DNA of 63,733 bases, the filler included, from Aduncisulcus paluster (taxonomy: Eukaryota): the NCBI GenBank assembly GCA_024181965.1. It is 34 parts of 34 records of this genome, joined end to end, with 100 filler letters (N's around TTAATTAATTAA, not from the genome) between each part and the next. Parts side by side here need not be neighbours in the genome. Positions count along the whole stretch, not along the records: positions 26,317 to 28,051 come from BQXS01000351.1; positions 28,152 to 31,465 come from BQXS01000352.1; positions 31,566 to 32,806 come from BQXS01000353.1; positions 32,907 to 38,929 come from BQXS01000355.1; positions 39,030 to 40,246 come from BQXS01000356.1; 29 more parts are not named here. One strand, given 5' to 3'. The notes beneath the pieces are model-generated. The model was not told the DNA's origin. It worked only from the letters and a program-made list of their open reading frames with translations, and did not search any database. Positions 26,317 to 40,246 of this stretch are shown piece by piece (position 1 is the stretch's first letter; each line of letters opens with the position of its first letter). Both the position numbers and the translations under genes were made by a program.

Positions 26317-28051
26317 TGGAGGTAACACAGCTTCAGACATATCAGACCAAGATCCGGTGGCTTCGAAATATCTCAGATCTGTGGCAGATCCCAGATCAAA
26401 CGTGGAGCCTGGGGAACTGACAGAGACAGTAAGATCTGTCAAACCAGTCAAGGAAGAGACTACACTCGAAAAAGAGGTGGCATCCGATATGGAAAGATAT
26501 GAGAACACGATCGACTGGAGCGAAGATGCTGTGGAGAGATTGGAGAAGTTAGTGATGTAAGAAGACCAATTCAAAGTTCGTAATTTGGGAAGAGTGGAAA
26601 GGTCAGGCACGGCAGTAATATACATATAGTTGGAGTCTGGCAGTCTCAGATACTCAAGGGAAGGAAGAGAAGGTATAGTTGCATCAGTCAATCCACTTCC
26701 ATCAATATCCAGCGTTCTGAGGGAAGAGAGCGAAGATAAAGCAGATATATCAGAGAAATTAGAATTGTTAGAGATCAATGTCAAGCTCTCTAAGTTTGTC
26801 AGCTGAGCAATATTATTCAGATCAGAAGTAGACAGACCATAACACTCCATCGTTAACTGCTTGAGGTTGGGAAAGTTTGACATGTCAGGGATATCCGTAC
26901 ATTCATCACCATAACCAAAACTCAAAGACTCCAAGTTGGTGGCTCCATTGAGGAAATCATAGCTATTGATGGTGACGTTATAAGAACTGATATCTAACGC
27001 CTTAAGATTTGAAATATCAATGGAAGTGATATCAAAATTATAGATGTTGGAATGACTTAAATCCAAGCTTTCTAATTGATTTATAAACAATCCATTTAGC
27101 CAGGAAAAATTATATTCTCCAAAATAAGGATAAACTCTTCTCAAAATAAAATGGACTAGTTCAGTATTAGATGAAATATCAGGAAATTCAGGAGTAGAGA
27201 TGTCCATATCATCTAATTCCAAATATTTGAGAGTTTTAAGTTCAGCCAGGACAGAGAAGTCACAAAGAACAAAAACATCATGAAAACTTAAGTATTCCAG
27301 AGTGTCTTTGACTTGAGAAAGTTTGGAGAGATCAAGAATATTGCAATTGGAAATTTCGAGATGGACTAGATTTGGAAGATAATCGATGAAATCCAGATTT
27401 ATAGAAAACATGGATCCAACAATAAGTTCAGTCACAGTGGATGGGATGGAGCTCAAATCTCGAATGGGCAGGGTACTGAGATAATCATCATCAATCAGCC
27501 TCTGAGTCAGATTCAAAGACGTTACAGTCGCAGGCAAAGGTGAGAGGTCGATCACATTGGTGCCACTCAGATCCAACGTCGTCAATGCTGGGAGTGCAGA
27601 CCCATCGGACAGGGCGAGACTCGTGAAGAAGGCGGGGAACGTGACACTCGTGCGTCCAGCAACGGAAAGCGTGGTGAGTGAGGCTGGGAACATGCCTTGC
27701 ACAGTGACATCATAGTTATTGTCGGAGTCGAACAGAGGACTCAAGGAGGACAGCTGAGTCGCCCAGTAGTCGCCAGAAGAAACGTCGCCAACGGTCAAGT
27801 ACAATGCACGCAGAGACGTCAGATGCGAGAAATCCGTGTCCGGCGCAATGTCGATGTTATTCAGCGTCAGCGTCTCAAGACTCGTGGGAAACTGCTCGAT
27901 GTCACTGGTGCCCATCTGTTTGGACACGAACGACGTGTTGCTCACATACAGCGTCGTGAGGTTCGTCGCACCACCAAGCCCAGCGAAGGAGTCAACAAAG
28001 TACGTGTTCAGGGAGGTCAGATCTTGGAGGTCGTCAGAAGTCAGGTCGTCA
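26317..28051 (-). CDS. LRR protein with internalin-like cap, partial
   Basis: Open to contig edge (DDLTSDDLQDLTSLNTYFVDSFAGLGGATNLTTL); many LxxLxL repeats. Confidence 0.9.
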
Positions 28052-28151
28052 NNNNNNNNNNNNNNNNNNNNNNNNNNNNNNNNNNNNNNNNNNNNTTAAT
28101 TAATTAANNNNNNNNNNNNNNNNNNNNNNNNNNNNNNNNNNNNNNNNNNNN

Positions 28152-30208
28152 ACTAATTCGATTTCTGTCTCGATTCATCTCTCAATTATCAACAAATCCT
28201 TCCCTCTCTAAGATTTTTGCCTATAAATATTTCGATGATATGGAGTGGTGTAAATTCAATGGATGTTTGAATGGTGATTATTTGAGGTTTCGCAAGAATT
28301 GTTATTTGCCATGTTTTAAGAAGTGGTATGATCTGCAGGATAATATTCGTCATTCCTGTTCACCTTCATCTCAAACAAAACTGTATTATAAGTTTCGAAA
28401 GGATATGTTATCTGTGTTTCTTGAATACCAATCGAGAGATAAGATGATGTTTCATAAGAAAGAGATCCTTTTATGTTGTCAATGTATCCGATTATTCGTG
28501 TTCCCTACGACAAGTTATCTGGCAAATCAGGTCACAATAGAACTGATTGGCACCTTTATTGATCATTTATCGAGGATTTATAAAGTATTGGAAGGAGCTA
28601 TCGATGAAAAGTACTTTGCGATTTGTCATAGGTATTTCGATATTAATCCATTTTGCAATGAGTTTGTTCTAAAGATTTATCCAACATTTCAAGATATTTT
28701 GGAAACAATACAGAAGAATCCACTCAAGAAAGATATGATACATAATCATAATATGTTGCAAGTTCTCGGACAGATCTTGAGAGTATCTCCACCTTCTATC
28801 AAGTCTTCGATAGAGACCTTCGTTAAACCATTGGTCGGGGAGATATTTCAAATCTATCGTGAAAATTATCATTCGTCATTTGAAGATTGGTTGGATATAT
28901 TATTTCATCTGTTAAATATCCATTATGATCCAGAAGAAAGTATTCCTACAACATACAAAAGTGGGGAAGCATGGTCCCTATTTTATCCTGTTGTAGGGGT
29001 TATCCGAAAAAGTTATAAATGTATTGAGATTAGCATGCTTGTAAAAGTAATCAAATTCTTCAAGAGATGTTGTTTCCCATCTCATATTGAAGAGGTTTAT
29101 GAGAATGTCAAAGATCTCCTTCATCCATGGTATATGATATTCAGAGATTCTCCACGTGAAAATCAGTTTTTTAGTCACTATGAATATGAATGTTGGTTGG
29201 GCCTTATTTCTGTTTTCTCTTCTGTTCCATCTCTTATTCCACAGCTCTCCCCTTCATTGGATATAGATGTTGNNNNNNNNNNNNNNNNNNNNATTTTATC
29301 CTGTTGTAGGGGTTATCCGAAAAAGTTATAAATGTATTGAGATTAGCATGCTTGTAAAAGTAATCAAATTCTTCAAGAGATGTTGTTTCCCATCTCATAT
29401 TGAAGAGGTTTATGAGAATGTCAAAGATCTCCTTCATCCATGGTATATGATATTCAGAGATTCTCCACGTGAAAATCAGTTTTTTAGTCACTATGAATAT
29501 GAATGTTGGTTGGGCCTTATTTCTGTTTTCTCTTCTGTTCCATCTCTTATTCCACAGCTCTCCCCTTCATTGGATATAGATGTTGAATGGAGTAGAGGTG
29601 TTTCAATCAAAATTGATAGATATTTGAATGAATATAATGCCAATGTAGCTGCTCATATTTCAAGATTATATTTTTCCAAGTTACTCTGTTCTGTTCCGAT
29701 GGTGTCCATGATTCCTTCCTCTGAAATCTCGATATGTGTACGAGCTAAAACATATCCATTCGCAACTCATATCTGCAGTGCTCTGAAATTCTTTGTATAT
29801 TTCTCTAATCGATATGGTGGTTATCACTACTATGAAAAGAGAGAACCAGAAATAATGTTTCATGATATTGTCACTGGATTATCTTTCGTTGAGGGAGACA
29901 GATGTAGAAAATTCAAGGAATTTGATAAATGTTGTATATTGTATGGACAAACTGAAGACGGTGATATGAAGAGAAAAGATCATTCTCCTTATATTAAATA
30001 TGCTCGTGCAGACCATTTACTTGCCATATTTCCATATGAAAAGGAAAGACAAATGAGACATTCGATTTATGATCGTATTGAACAGACGAGTGCCGGTGTG
30101 GAAATTTTATTTGAGCCTGACACTTGTTCATTTGAAGGGTATGATCAGGATGAATGGAGGAGAGAAATGATGGAAAGGAATGAAAAGGGGAAATGTAATA
30201 TCATATAG
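28152..30208 (+). CDS. Lineage-specific alpha-helical repeat protein ending in a CaaX-like motif (KGKCNII); 5'-partial; spans a 20-N gap
   Basis: ORFs 28240.. and 29267.. join after removing the overlap; repeated S..PSL......D.EW motif. Confidence 0.75.
28980..29585. repeat. 293-bp exact duplication flanking the 20-N gap at 29273..29292 (assembly overlap)
   Basis: 28980..29272 is identical to 29293..29585. Confidence 0.93.
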
Positions 30209-30594
30209 GGTGAAATAATAGCAGCGACATTAAGTATTCCGAAAGACCCACAGCGAGAGAAAACCGTCCCATAGAGGTTGATTATCGTTGTGTGTATCTG
30301 TAAAAACGCCTGAACTAATGTTATATCATTATATTTGTTTTACGGAAACCATTTTTATACATTATAAAGGTATTTTGAAATACTTAGTTCTATTTTTAGA
30401 TTTTCTATTTTTAGATTTATATAAGATTTTTATTCTCCTTTTGTGCTATAGATGTGGTAATTTTGTGTGTGTTTTATATATTGTTGATTATTTGTGGATA
30501 TTTTTGACTTTTTGTTTGTTTGTTTGTTTGATCGTTCTATCTTCCATTTTGTTGATTGTTTTATTTCAAGGAACTAGGCCGTATCTTTTTTGTC

Positions 30595-31465
30595 CTATTC
30601 CCATGGAAGCAGAGATAATTGCTCAGTGGCTACGATTTCCTCTGACAAAATAAAAATCAGAGAATTGATACAGAAAAAACTTCTTTTTCTTCCAATCCAC
30701 ATCCCTTTCCCTTCAATCTCACACAGAACAATGTTCGTCAAATCAATAGGAAGGAAATACCATTCAACTAGAGCTTTAGGTCTTGGGAATTCATACTTCT
30801 TGTATGTCTTCTTACCATCACGATCGGTGAAAGTGAAGAGAAGAAAGGGAGAACTGTCAAACTCATGAACACAGATATAAGCACCCTTCATTCGGCTTAT
30901 CTCTTCAAAAGGAATGGAAAGATGCGAGAAGAAAAACGTATCATTCCCTTGTAACATTATTTGTGCTTCAGAACTCTTATCATACTCCCCAGATTCCTTG
31001 GAATACGAGACATCCTTCCCCTCAACCATTGAGAACAAAGGATTGATAATGCTTGGATCGTCATATGAAATGGGAACACAAGCTATACCTCTCGTCTCGG
31101 TATCCGCTACCTTGACAAACTTTGGAAGCACAACTGGAGCTTCAGACCAGATTTTTTCTTTGGTTTCACGGATAATAGTTTCCTCAGACGTTTCCTCTCT
31201 TATGAAAATAAGGGATTGAATCGAAAAGGTCCCTTCTTCTCTTGCTTTCCCCGTAATCTCACACAGAACAACATCAGAGAGATCGACAGGAAGGAAATAC
31301 CAATGATTGCCATAAAATTGAGGAAATTTGTATTTCTTGGATGTTTTTTCCCCCTTTGAAGATGTGAACGTGAAGATGAGATGTGAAATATCAGAAAATC
31401 CAGAAAGACAGATATGGACACCTTTCATTGGGGAAGAAGAGGGGAAAGGGATGTAAAGGTGAGTA
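30595..31465 (-). CDS. Lineage-specific 'MKGAYIC...KKYEFP...WYFLP(I/V)DL' repeat-domain protein, 5'-partial, two domain copies
   Basis: Internal repeat of the domain; homolog at 55613..56075. Confidence 0.8.
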
Positions 31466-31565
31466 NNNNNNNNNNNNNNNNNNNNNNNNNNNNNNNNNNN
31501 NNNNNNNNNTTAATTAATTAANNNNNNNNNNNNNNNNNNNNNNNNNNNNNNNNNNNNNNNNNNNN

Positions 31566-32806
31566 ACTAGTTTTTCCTTCTTCTGGGTCCCAGCATTCTG
31601 GGTTTGCTCCTTATCACGGCGTATTTTCCTTCCTCGTGATCTAACAACAACTGCCGGTACTACTGGAAGATCCAGGCCCCGACTTAACACATCTGCCTCC
31701 ACGTTTTCCTTTCCGGGAACGTGTTTTATCGTGAAATCGAATTGTGACAGGAAAATCTGCCAACGTATTACCTTAGCTGAGGGATTCTTCCTCAAATATA
31801 ACAGATTCCTATGATCTGTATTAATCACAAAGTGTTTATCAAGTAAATAATACCGTAAGGTATTGACAGCATATACAATACCATAGGCTTCTTGTTCAAT
31901 AGTCGCCCAGCGTCTTTGGACGGCTGAAAACTTCTTAGATATGTATTGGATGGGGAACCATTTCCCTTCCTTGAACTGTTTCAAAACAGCTCCGCAACCA
32001 AGGATTGAAGCGTCTGTAAACAACATTAATGGTGCCTCTGGATCATATAATGATAAAGAAGTTGCATTATTAATTAAAAGCTTAATTTTTGCAAATGCTT
32101 TCTTCCGAGATTGGTTCCACTCCAAAAATTTCTTCTTTTGGGACAACATCTCATACAACGGGGCGGCTTCAACGCTTAAATTAGCTACGAAGTCTTTTAC
32201 ATAGTTAATTATCCCTAAAAATCTTCGCAAATCTTTCTTTTTTAAGGGAAGCGGGATTTTTGCAATTGCCTCCTGTCGTTCCGTCGTTATTTCCTTTCCA
32301 TTTTCACTAAAATGGAAACCCAAATAGTCAATCTCTTTGGATCCAAAGTTGGATTTTTCCATATTCAATATAAAATTGAATTCCTTAAAACGCCTTATAA
32401 CTTTGGACAACCGGTCCAAAAATTCTTTTGGTGTCTTTCCCATAACTAACACATCATCTAAATAAGTAAGACATCCCTGGCTTCTCAGATCCCCCAACAC
32501 TAACGCCATTGATCGTTGGAAATGTGCGGGGGCCGTTTTAAGACCGAATGGTACTCTAGTCCATTCAAATAGCCCACCAGGAGTGCAAAAAGCTGAACGT
32601 TTTGAGCTTTCCTTATCTAACGGAATATTATAATACCCGTTACGTAAATCGAGTGCTGCATAATAGCAATGTCCCAGGAGGGAAGCGAATAGTACATCAG
32701 TCCGCGGGAGTGGATATGAATCACTCACCAGGTTTTCGTTCAGCTTACGATAATCAACTACCATTCGCCATTTATCCTTCCCTTTTGGTACAACATGAAT
32801 TGGAGC
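31566..32806 (-). mobile_element. Ty3/Gypsy pol fragment: RT + RNase H, intact frame
   Basis: VVDYRKLN, LDLRNGYY, PFGLKTAP, YLDD, FTDAS, TDHRNL, ADVLSR. Confidence 0.97.
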
Positions 32807-32906
32807 NNNNNNNNNNNNNNNNNNNNNNNNNNNNNNNNNNNNNNNNNNNNTTAATTAATTAANNNNNNNNNNNNNNNNNNNNNNNNNNNNNNNNNNNNNN
32901 NNNNNN

Positions 32907-35900
32907 CATCTAAACCTTCCAGCCAGACAGCGTCACCACAGAATGGCACACTCGCTCTCCCGTCAATTCCCATCTCTTCCCCTTCATTCCCTTCACCATA
33001 CTTCTCCAAATCTTTCTTGTTGCTGGTCAAAGAACTAACACAGTGGGAGGAGACTTCATTCTCTTCACACTCAAACACTGAGAGAATTGCTGAGGCATGG
33101 AGACGAGGAAGTGACAAAGATGACACTCTTGGAAGCTCATGGAAACGAATTGAGAGGCGTCGAAAGAAGGAAAAGGACGGTGAAGAAGCTGACTGGAAAG
33201 TATCCACTCAACCAAATCCTCCAGATTCTGCCGCTTGGGAGTTGCTTGGCTCTCAAATCTCCTCTAAGACACGATCGGTACCATCCACCTCTAGTAACAG
33301 CCTTTCCTCTATTTCCACTGAGTCTCTCCTCTCCTCTTCCGTGTCCATTCTATCCTCTCCATTGCTGATGTCTTCTCTATCACTTGTATCTCTCCTATTA
33401 TCTGGTTCTTTCTCACTCTCACTGCCATCCTCTCTCCTCAGTTACGTGTCCAATGCCATCTCTGTTCTTGGGCATCACACGCATGTGCACGGACATCACA
33501 CCATTCCTATGTTTGCTACTATTTGCATCGTGTGTGTTGTGTGTGGTCTTGGCGTTGGAGAACGTACATGGGAAAGGGAGAAGATGGAATTAGTCAAGAA
33601 GCCTGAGAATTCTGGTCAATCACAGACAGGCTGGAACAAGACACCTCTGGTTGATGAAAGCCTGTATCAACTGTGTGTTCAAACAATTGAACGTGTGTTT
33701 GGTATTCGGGAGTATCCAAAGTGGACTGCAGCTCCAATGATACAAAACTCTCAGCGTTCGGTCTATCCTTTCCAACGTTTGAGTCTTGAAAAGGGGATTA
33801 GAGAAGATGAGAAAGAATCATCTTCAAACAAAGCTACGTATTATGGTAAACGGACTGTCTTGGAACAGATTTGGTGCAGTGCACATGATCGAATTGAATA
33901 CCTTGACTCACATTGTGGTGTATGTGAGTGTTCCTTCTGTAAAAAAACCAAGAGAGATGCCGATTTGTTCACAAGTAACCAGATTATCAATGCCACGAAT
34001 GGATTGATTGAGTGTTTATTAATGCACGTATTAAAGGGAAGGAAGAAGAAATATTGGTCAATGTATCAGCAAGAATATGCATCTTTGCCTTCATCTATCA
34101 TTGTAAAGGGAGAAAGAAGCCTTCTGTCAAACCCTGATCTCCTTGCAAAGGTGACTTCTGTCCATGGAAAATCCATGCAGAGACGTCAAACCGTTGATTT
34201 CTCTCCTCTATTCTTCCCTTCACCACTCTCTTCTCTTCTCTCGCCTCACTTACAATCTCACTCAAGATATCTGTATGCACTTGCCCATGATACCAAGATT
34301 AAGCGTGGCTTGCTCGTTGTCAACCTTCTACAACAGGGAAGACTGCTCTCCTCATCCACTCTCTTCACGACACTCAACACTGCCATTTCTTGCCTTCTCC
34401 GTGCCGTCATGTGTGTGTCCGATCGTCGCATTATTGCCACAATGGCTGGAATGCTGAAACTATGCCTCACTGCAATTTGTTCCCTCTATCAAGGAAGTGT
34501 GTGGAAACCCGAGACAAGTCCTTGCTATATGCTTCTATCTGCTTCCCCATCCCCATTCGCCTCTTCTCTGCACCCTTCTGAGGAACTGTTAACGATTTTG
34601 TGCGGTGCTGTCGGTGCTTCCAAGGATATTGCTGGTGAATTTGAAGGAGTTTCCTCGACAACTACCGTTAACCAGCGTATGAAGAACAAGAACAACAAAG
34701 ATATTGGGGAGAATATCACTGGGCAGTCTCCCAAACAATGTCCTTCCATCTCTTTCAAGAATTATGGAGCTGTTCCTTACATTATCTCGACAATCCTTGC
34801 TCTATCTGCTCATTTCTCGAATGAAACACTCATTCAGGCTTCAAATCTTCTTGACACTGAACGTGATGGTTGTATTATTCCACCCAATGAGGAGCTATAT
34901 GGTGAGAAATGGTCAAGTGCCGATATAATTGAGAAAGGAATTCCATCAAAGTCAGATCTGAAGGACGAATCTTGGAAGAAATCGGCTCAAGGCAAGGAAT
35001 CAGCCATTCCAACTCTATTTTCTCTGTGTGATTGTGTTGCTCGCTCGTGTGAATGCATGCGTGGAATTGTGATGTTATTGAGGCTCTGTGTATGGTTCCG
35101 GTGTGTGGTACGATTCAAGAAAGAACGTAAGAGATCGTATAAAGAGAAGATCATCAGCAAGAGAAAAGATGTATCGCTGAGCCATGATCCTCTGTCTAGT
35201 AACACACTTGCTTCAGAGCCTTCTTTACATGACCTAATGTGCAGATTCATGTCTTTCTCATCCCCCTTTGAGGAATCTTATACCATTCTCTCCGTTTGCA
35301 TATCCTTGACTGAAGTCTGTGCTATTGGAGGATTGAAGAGCACATCTCTCACTGTTCTTGATTTCTATGCCAGTGTAATCGGTGAGCAAGTCACTGCGGC
35401 GTGGAAGAAATACATGCTTAAGAAAAGCAAGCCGTTATCGTCTTCTCATAGTCCCATTCCAATTATCTTATCACTTTCGCTGCATTCCCTCTCTCTATGT
35501 GTTTTATGTGAGAGTGAAATCAGAGCTCGCGCAAAGGAGAGGAGAAGGGAAGAAGAGGAGGAGAGAATGCGGTTCAGATGGTCATCTGGAAAATGGAAAG
35601 AAGAATTGCTCCAAACTAATACATTCAACGAGAAGGGTCCCACTAATCGGTCAAAATCTAACATCAAGTCCAATTCAAAGTCAACACTTGTTTCTGGTCC
35701 CATCAATCCCTTTTTTGAGAGTTTTGATGCCATCCATGATGATGAAGATTCTGAACTCCACGGAATGTCATCAATGGAAGACTCAGAAAGCGCTGGATCT
35801 CTTTCCATATCTCATTCATTCTCATATGCTCCATCAAGCAGTGTCAATGTCATTGGATCTCCTGGATCTCCTCCTGGATCTCCCCCTGTGGCTATGTTCT

Positions 35901-38900
35901 CATCTATTCCCAGGCCCCCTCTTTTCCTGCTTCCTGCCCACCTCCTTGATGGATTTCCTTCGCTTCCTTTTGCCCATCACACCCTTGCTCGCATTCTTAG
36001 TCTGTATTTCGATACAACTGTGCCCTCTTACGACGAAGAGAGGAAGAAACGGGAGGAAGAAGAGATCAAGTGGAGAGATAGAGAAGAAACTTGGGAAGAT
36101 ATGGAGATTTCATGGCTTCAGAATGAGAAAACTGATGGAATTGCTGTTATTCATGGCAATGATGATGAACTCTCTGATGAAGTTGCCAATCCTGAGAAAT
36201 ACGATGGGTATGGTGAGATGTATGATCGTCTCTCGCCACTCTCTCGCACTGGAGGCTCAATGAGAGGTGTCGATGGAATATCCTCGTTGTTTGATGAATT
36301 ATCAGGCACCACTATATCTCCCTTCTCTCTCTTCTCTCTTGAACCATGTCATTCATCACCTTGCACACTCACTTTGATACACACGGCTCTGATGGGTCTT
36401 ATCCGCGCACAGGCTTGGCGTGCAGCTGAACGAGTCTGCGTCTGTTTGTGCGTTTGTCTTGAACGGGAGAGACTCTCGTTATCTGGTGGGAAGCCTTCGG
36501 TCCCATTACAGGAGTCTGCCCGACCTGATTTTGGGTCTCATGGGGAGCTTAGTGATGATATGACAGGTCCCCAATCGTTCCAACCCTCCTCATTGTCCTC
36601 TTCCTCCTCCTCCCTCTCCCTGAATAGTTCCCTCATGCAGCCAGTGGACTCTGATACAAGTCAGTCGATTATATTCCAGAAGGCGATTGAATCTCTCTGT
36701 TTCTCTGTGCTTCCAAGTCTGTCATCCCTGGCTGTCGTGTCTTCTCTCTCCATCACGCCTGCCATGTGTATCTGTGAGGGTGGTCGTCGTGAGAAATGGG
36801 AGATGAACAGGTCTTGTCTATGTATGGTTGAATCAGTTCGTCCAGGAGCTTGTAATGAAGCCGATCATCCAAAGTCAATTGATGGTGGCAATAGTCATGG
36901 TAGTAATCGCCTTCACACACTTCGAGCTGGTTCCCACGCCCAATCACCTCTTGCTTCATCCATGTTAGCTTCTAACGGCTCCCTGACGTCAAGTTCATCT
37001 CTCTCAAACTCATTGGGGTATTCCAAATCTCCTTCGATCCCAAGAAGCATGTCATCGACGACTTTCTCATGCTCCCAGCCCTCCATCTCATCTGCTCTTG
37101 GTTTTGCTTTCCCAAATGCCAACATCGAACGTGAGAGACGTGAGCATCATATGATCCGGAGCAAGGAAGTGTGTGTTAGTTCTTGTATCGAGGAGGACAT
37201 TATCCCGGGAGATGAGTCTTTTGAGTGTGATGAGAGTAGCAGCGAGTCTGAGCACATGTCTGTTGTCGATAGTGCTCAGGAAGACCTTGAAGGGAAAGAG
37301 AGCATCTTGAGCATTGTTCAGAAGGAAGTTAAAAGGACAATGGCCCCTCTTAAACCTCCCAAGGAAAAATATCCGCCTGCCTCTGGAGCCCTTGAGAGGG
37401 AATGGGAGGAGGCTGTGGAAGCTGAATGGGCTGGAGATGAGAATGAGGTTAAACGCAACAATAGAGAGGAATTGAGAAGAGATCTTGACGAATGGGATCG
37501 GGAGATTTGTTCCCAACTCGGTTTGGATCGACAAGAATCTGATGTCGAAAAGAGGAAGAAGAGGGTTGATGCGGATTATGAAGACGAATTAGAGAGTGGA
37601 AAAGATATTAAGCACTGTTATATCTGGAATCAATATCCTTCATTCCCATTCCCTCTTCCTTTCCATCTTCTTTCTCTCTGCCCACCTTCTCAATGTGAAA
37701 ACCCAGCATCTGATGTTGGAAAGTCTTCTTTGGAGGCGAATCCTCCAGACCCTCAGCCGGAGAGGAAGGACTCTCGCAGTGAATTCGATGATGTTCTTGA
37801 GCATTTCCCTGCTGCATGTACATTGTCTCCTTCACTCTTCAAACCTAACGTGCTTGTAGCTATTTCATCATTGTCAAAGCCTAAGAGACATCATAACTTC
37901 TCTCCATTTTCGACTCTTGTGTCATTTGTACACTCACCTTCGACAACAGCCTCAACTCTCTTGTTTGGAGGTGCCAGAGCATGTGATTATGGTCCTATCA
38001 CTCATTGGTGGAGAAATGCCCAATCACTCACGACTGTTGCATCCAATGCACTCATAACTCGGAAAGATTCACTCCCTTCCCCCTACTCATTTAAATATGC
38101 CGAGCGACCGACTTGTTCTCTTGGTGAAGGGTGCAAGATTAAGTTTGGTAACACTGCCAATAAGATTCCATTCCCATCGCCCGCTGTGTGTGTCGTGTCT
38201 GTACAACCTTGTCATATCTTAACTCCACCACACGGTGGGATCATTCGTGTGAGGAATATTCGTTGTAAGATGGAGAGGTTATCACAGTGTTGCTCAAGGT
38301 ATGTGTCTGCACAACTGGTTCGAATGACAAATATTCACAAATATATTCAAAATGAGCAACGTAATACTTGGAAAAACAAGCAAGTCGGAAGATTGTCCGT
38401 ATCAAGGCTCACTCCAATGAAAATAGCTTCAGATTCCACTTCAAAGAGATCGACTAAATTCCCCCTTTCTCCCGGGTTTGCCTCTTCTCATCCTCTTTCA
38501 CATCCCATGATGAAGGCCAATCCCTTGTCATTCACTCGAAAAGGTAGTATTTCGTCAGCTCGGTCAGGTTCCACTTCTCTCAACCTGTCCACCAGTGGAT
38601 CTACCCTTTCTATCGCTCAAATTAGCAGTAACTCTCCTTCGCACCGCCTGAATAGAGTTGTCGTGAGTGAAGATCTCCCAAGTTCCCTTGCGACTCTTGT
38701 GACGTCCCTGTATCTGCAAACACCAAGGGAGAAGATGACGCTAATCTTGAGGATGTTGCATGCGATGCTGAGTTCGGATTCTATTATGATGTGTGGTTGT
38801 CACGTTGCATTGCAATTGATCGATGAGGACGATCTCATTGTGAAGCGTTCAGTCGAATTGTCTCATCAACACATCAGAAAACAGTGGATAAAGGCTCGGA

Positions 38901-38929
38901 AAGCTTGGAGAGCTGAGAAAGAAAGGCTT
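32907..38929 (+). CDS. Very large (>2000 aa) intronless Ser-rich hypothetical protein, partial at both ends
   Basis: Single open frame over 6 kb; no domain recognised. Confidence 0.85.
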
Positions 38930-39029
38930 NNNNNNNNNNNNNNNNNNNNNNNNNNNNNNNNNNNNNNNNNNNNTTAATTAATTAANNNNNNNNNNNNNNN
39001 NNNNNNNNNNNNNNNNNNNNNNNNNNNNN

Positions 39030-40246
39030 ACGACGAATACTGAGTATGGTGACGATAAAACGATTGTTGAGATTTTTGTTGACAATTTGGGAAGTGACCG
39101 CCTCAGTGATAGAGTCCGATCGGAGGTTGATACTGCTGGAAAGCATAAGGACCTGAAATATGCTATGAAGCAGGCTTTCGAAGAACTGAGAGAGATGTTA
39201 CTCATGAAGACTGAAGTCATGAGACATGCTGCTGCATTCGGTCTGGACATTCGAGAACTTAAGCCGACTGGGAGGAAAAGACGTTTTTCTGGAGAAAAGC
39301 AACCAGGTCAACCCTCACCGGCAGGACATAGAAGTCAAACAGAAAGGAAACCTATACGGTGCTTTAATTGTGGTAAGGTCGGCCACAAAGCTTCTGAATG
39401 CCCCTTTCGGAAGGTCAACCCTAAGTCACAAGACAAGAAATCCATGAAAGCAAGAGTGGCGCTGAACAAAGAGTCCAGTAAAACTCCAAGTGAATACATG
39501 TCAATTGTGAACGAACAGGGTGAGGAAGAAGTGGTGTTAGCACTCCTGGATTCAGGTTGTGAACACAGTATCATGGACATCCGGATAGGGAGAACCCTAG
39601 AACCGATTGAGAAACAGGCTCAATGGGTAGATATAATTATGGCTGATGGTAGTAGTTGTGGTGCCAGTGAACGCTGGTTATTCCGAATCAAAGCACGGGG
39701 TGCGATGTGCTGTGATTTGTTCTTTACAGAATGGTTTATCATGCTTGATTTGGGGGAGCATAGTGAGATTGGGATGTATCTTTGTTGGGAGTGCATTCAA
39801 CGCCTCGATCTTTTCGGTGACTGCAGGTTTCGAAGAGAGGAGCCCGATGCAGATGATTGGTTCGAGGAACCAGAGGAGGTTGACATCTCAGAGGAACTGA
39901 CATGTGATGCTGACGAGTTAAAGGATCGGATTCGACCTTTGCTAATTGATTATATGTTAAAAGATAAACGTGATCAACCTTCTTCCATCGAACCCATGAG
40001 GTTAAAACTCAAGGATGAGGAGATCCGGATGGCTCAACCACCTCGTCGTCTCCCCTTCCATAGAGAGAGCTTTGTAAGGAATGAAATCGAATCACTACTA
40101 TCAAAGAAGGTGATATCACCATCTCAGAGTGAGTACTCGTCTCCAATTGTAGTGGTACCCAAGAAGGGTGGAGAATTGAGAATGTGTGTGGACTATCGAT
40201 TGATAAACCAGAACATTCGGCCTCTTCAGTTCCCTCTGCCAGTGAT
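39030..40246 (+). mobile_element. Ty3/Gypsy gag-protease-RT N-terminus in one frame
   Basis: CFNCGKVGHKASEC knuckle, ALLDSG protease, SPIVVVPKKGGELRMCVDYR. Confidence 0.95.
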
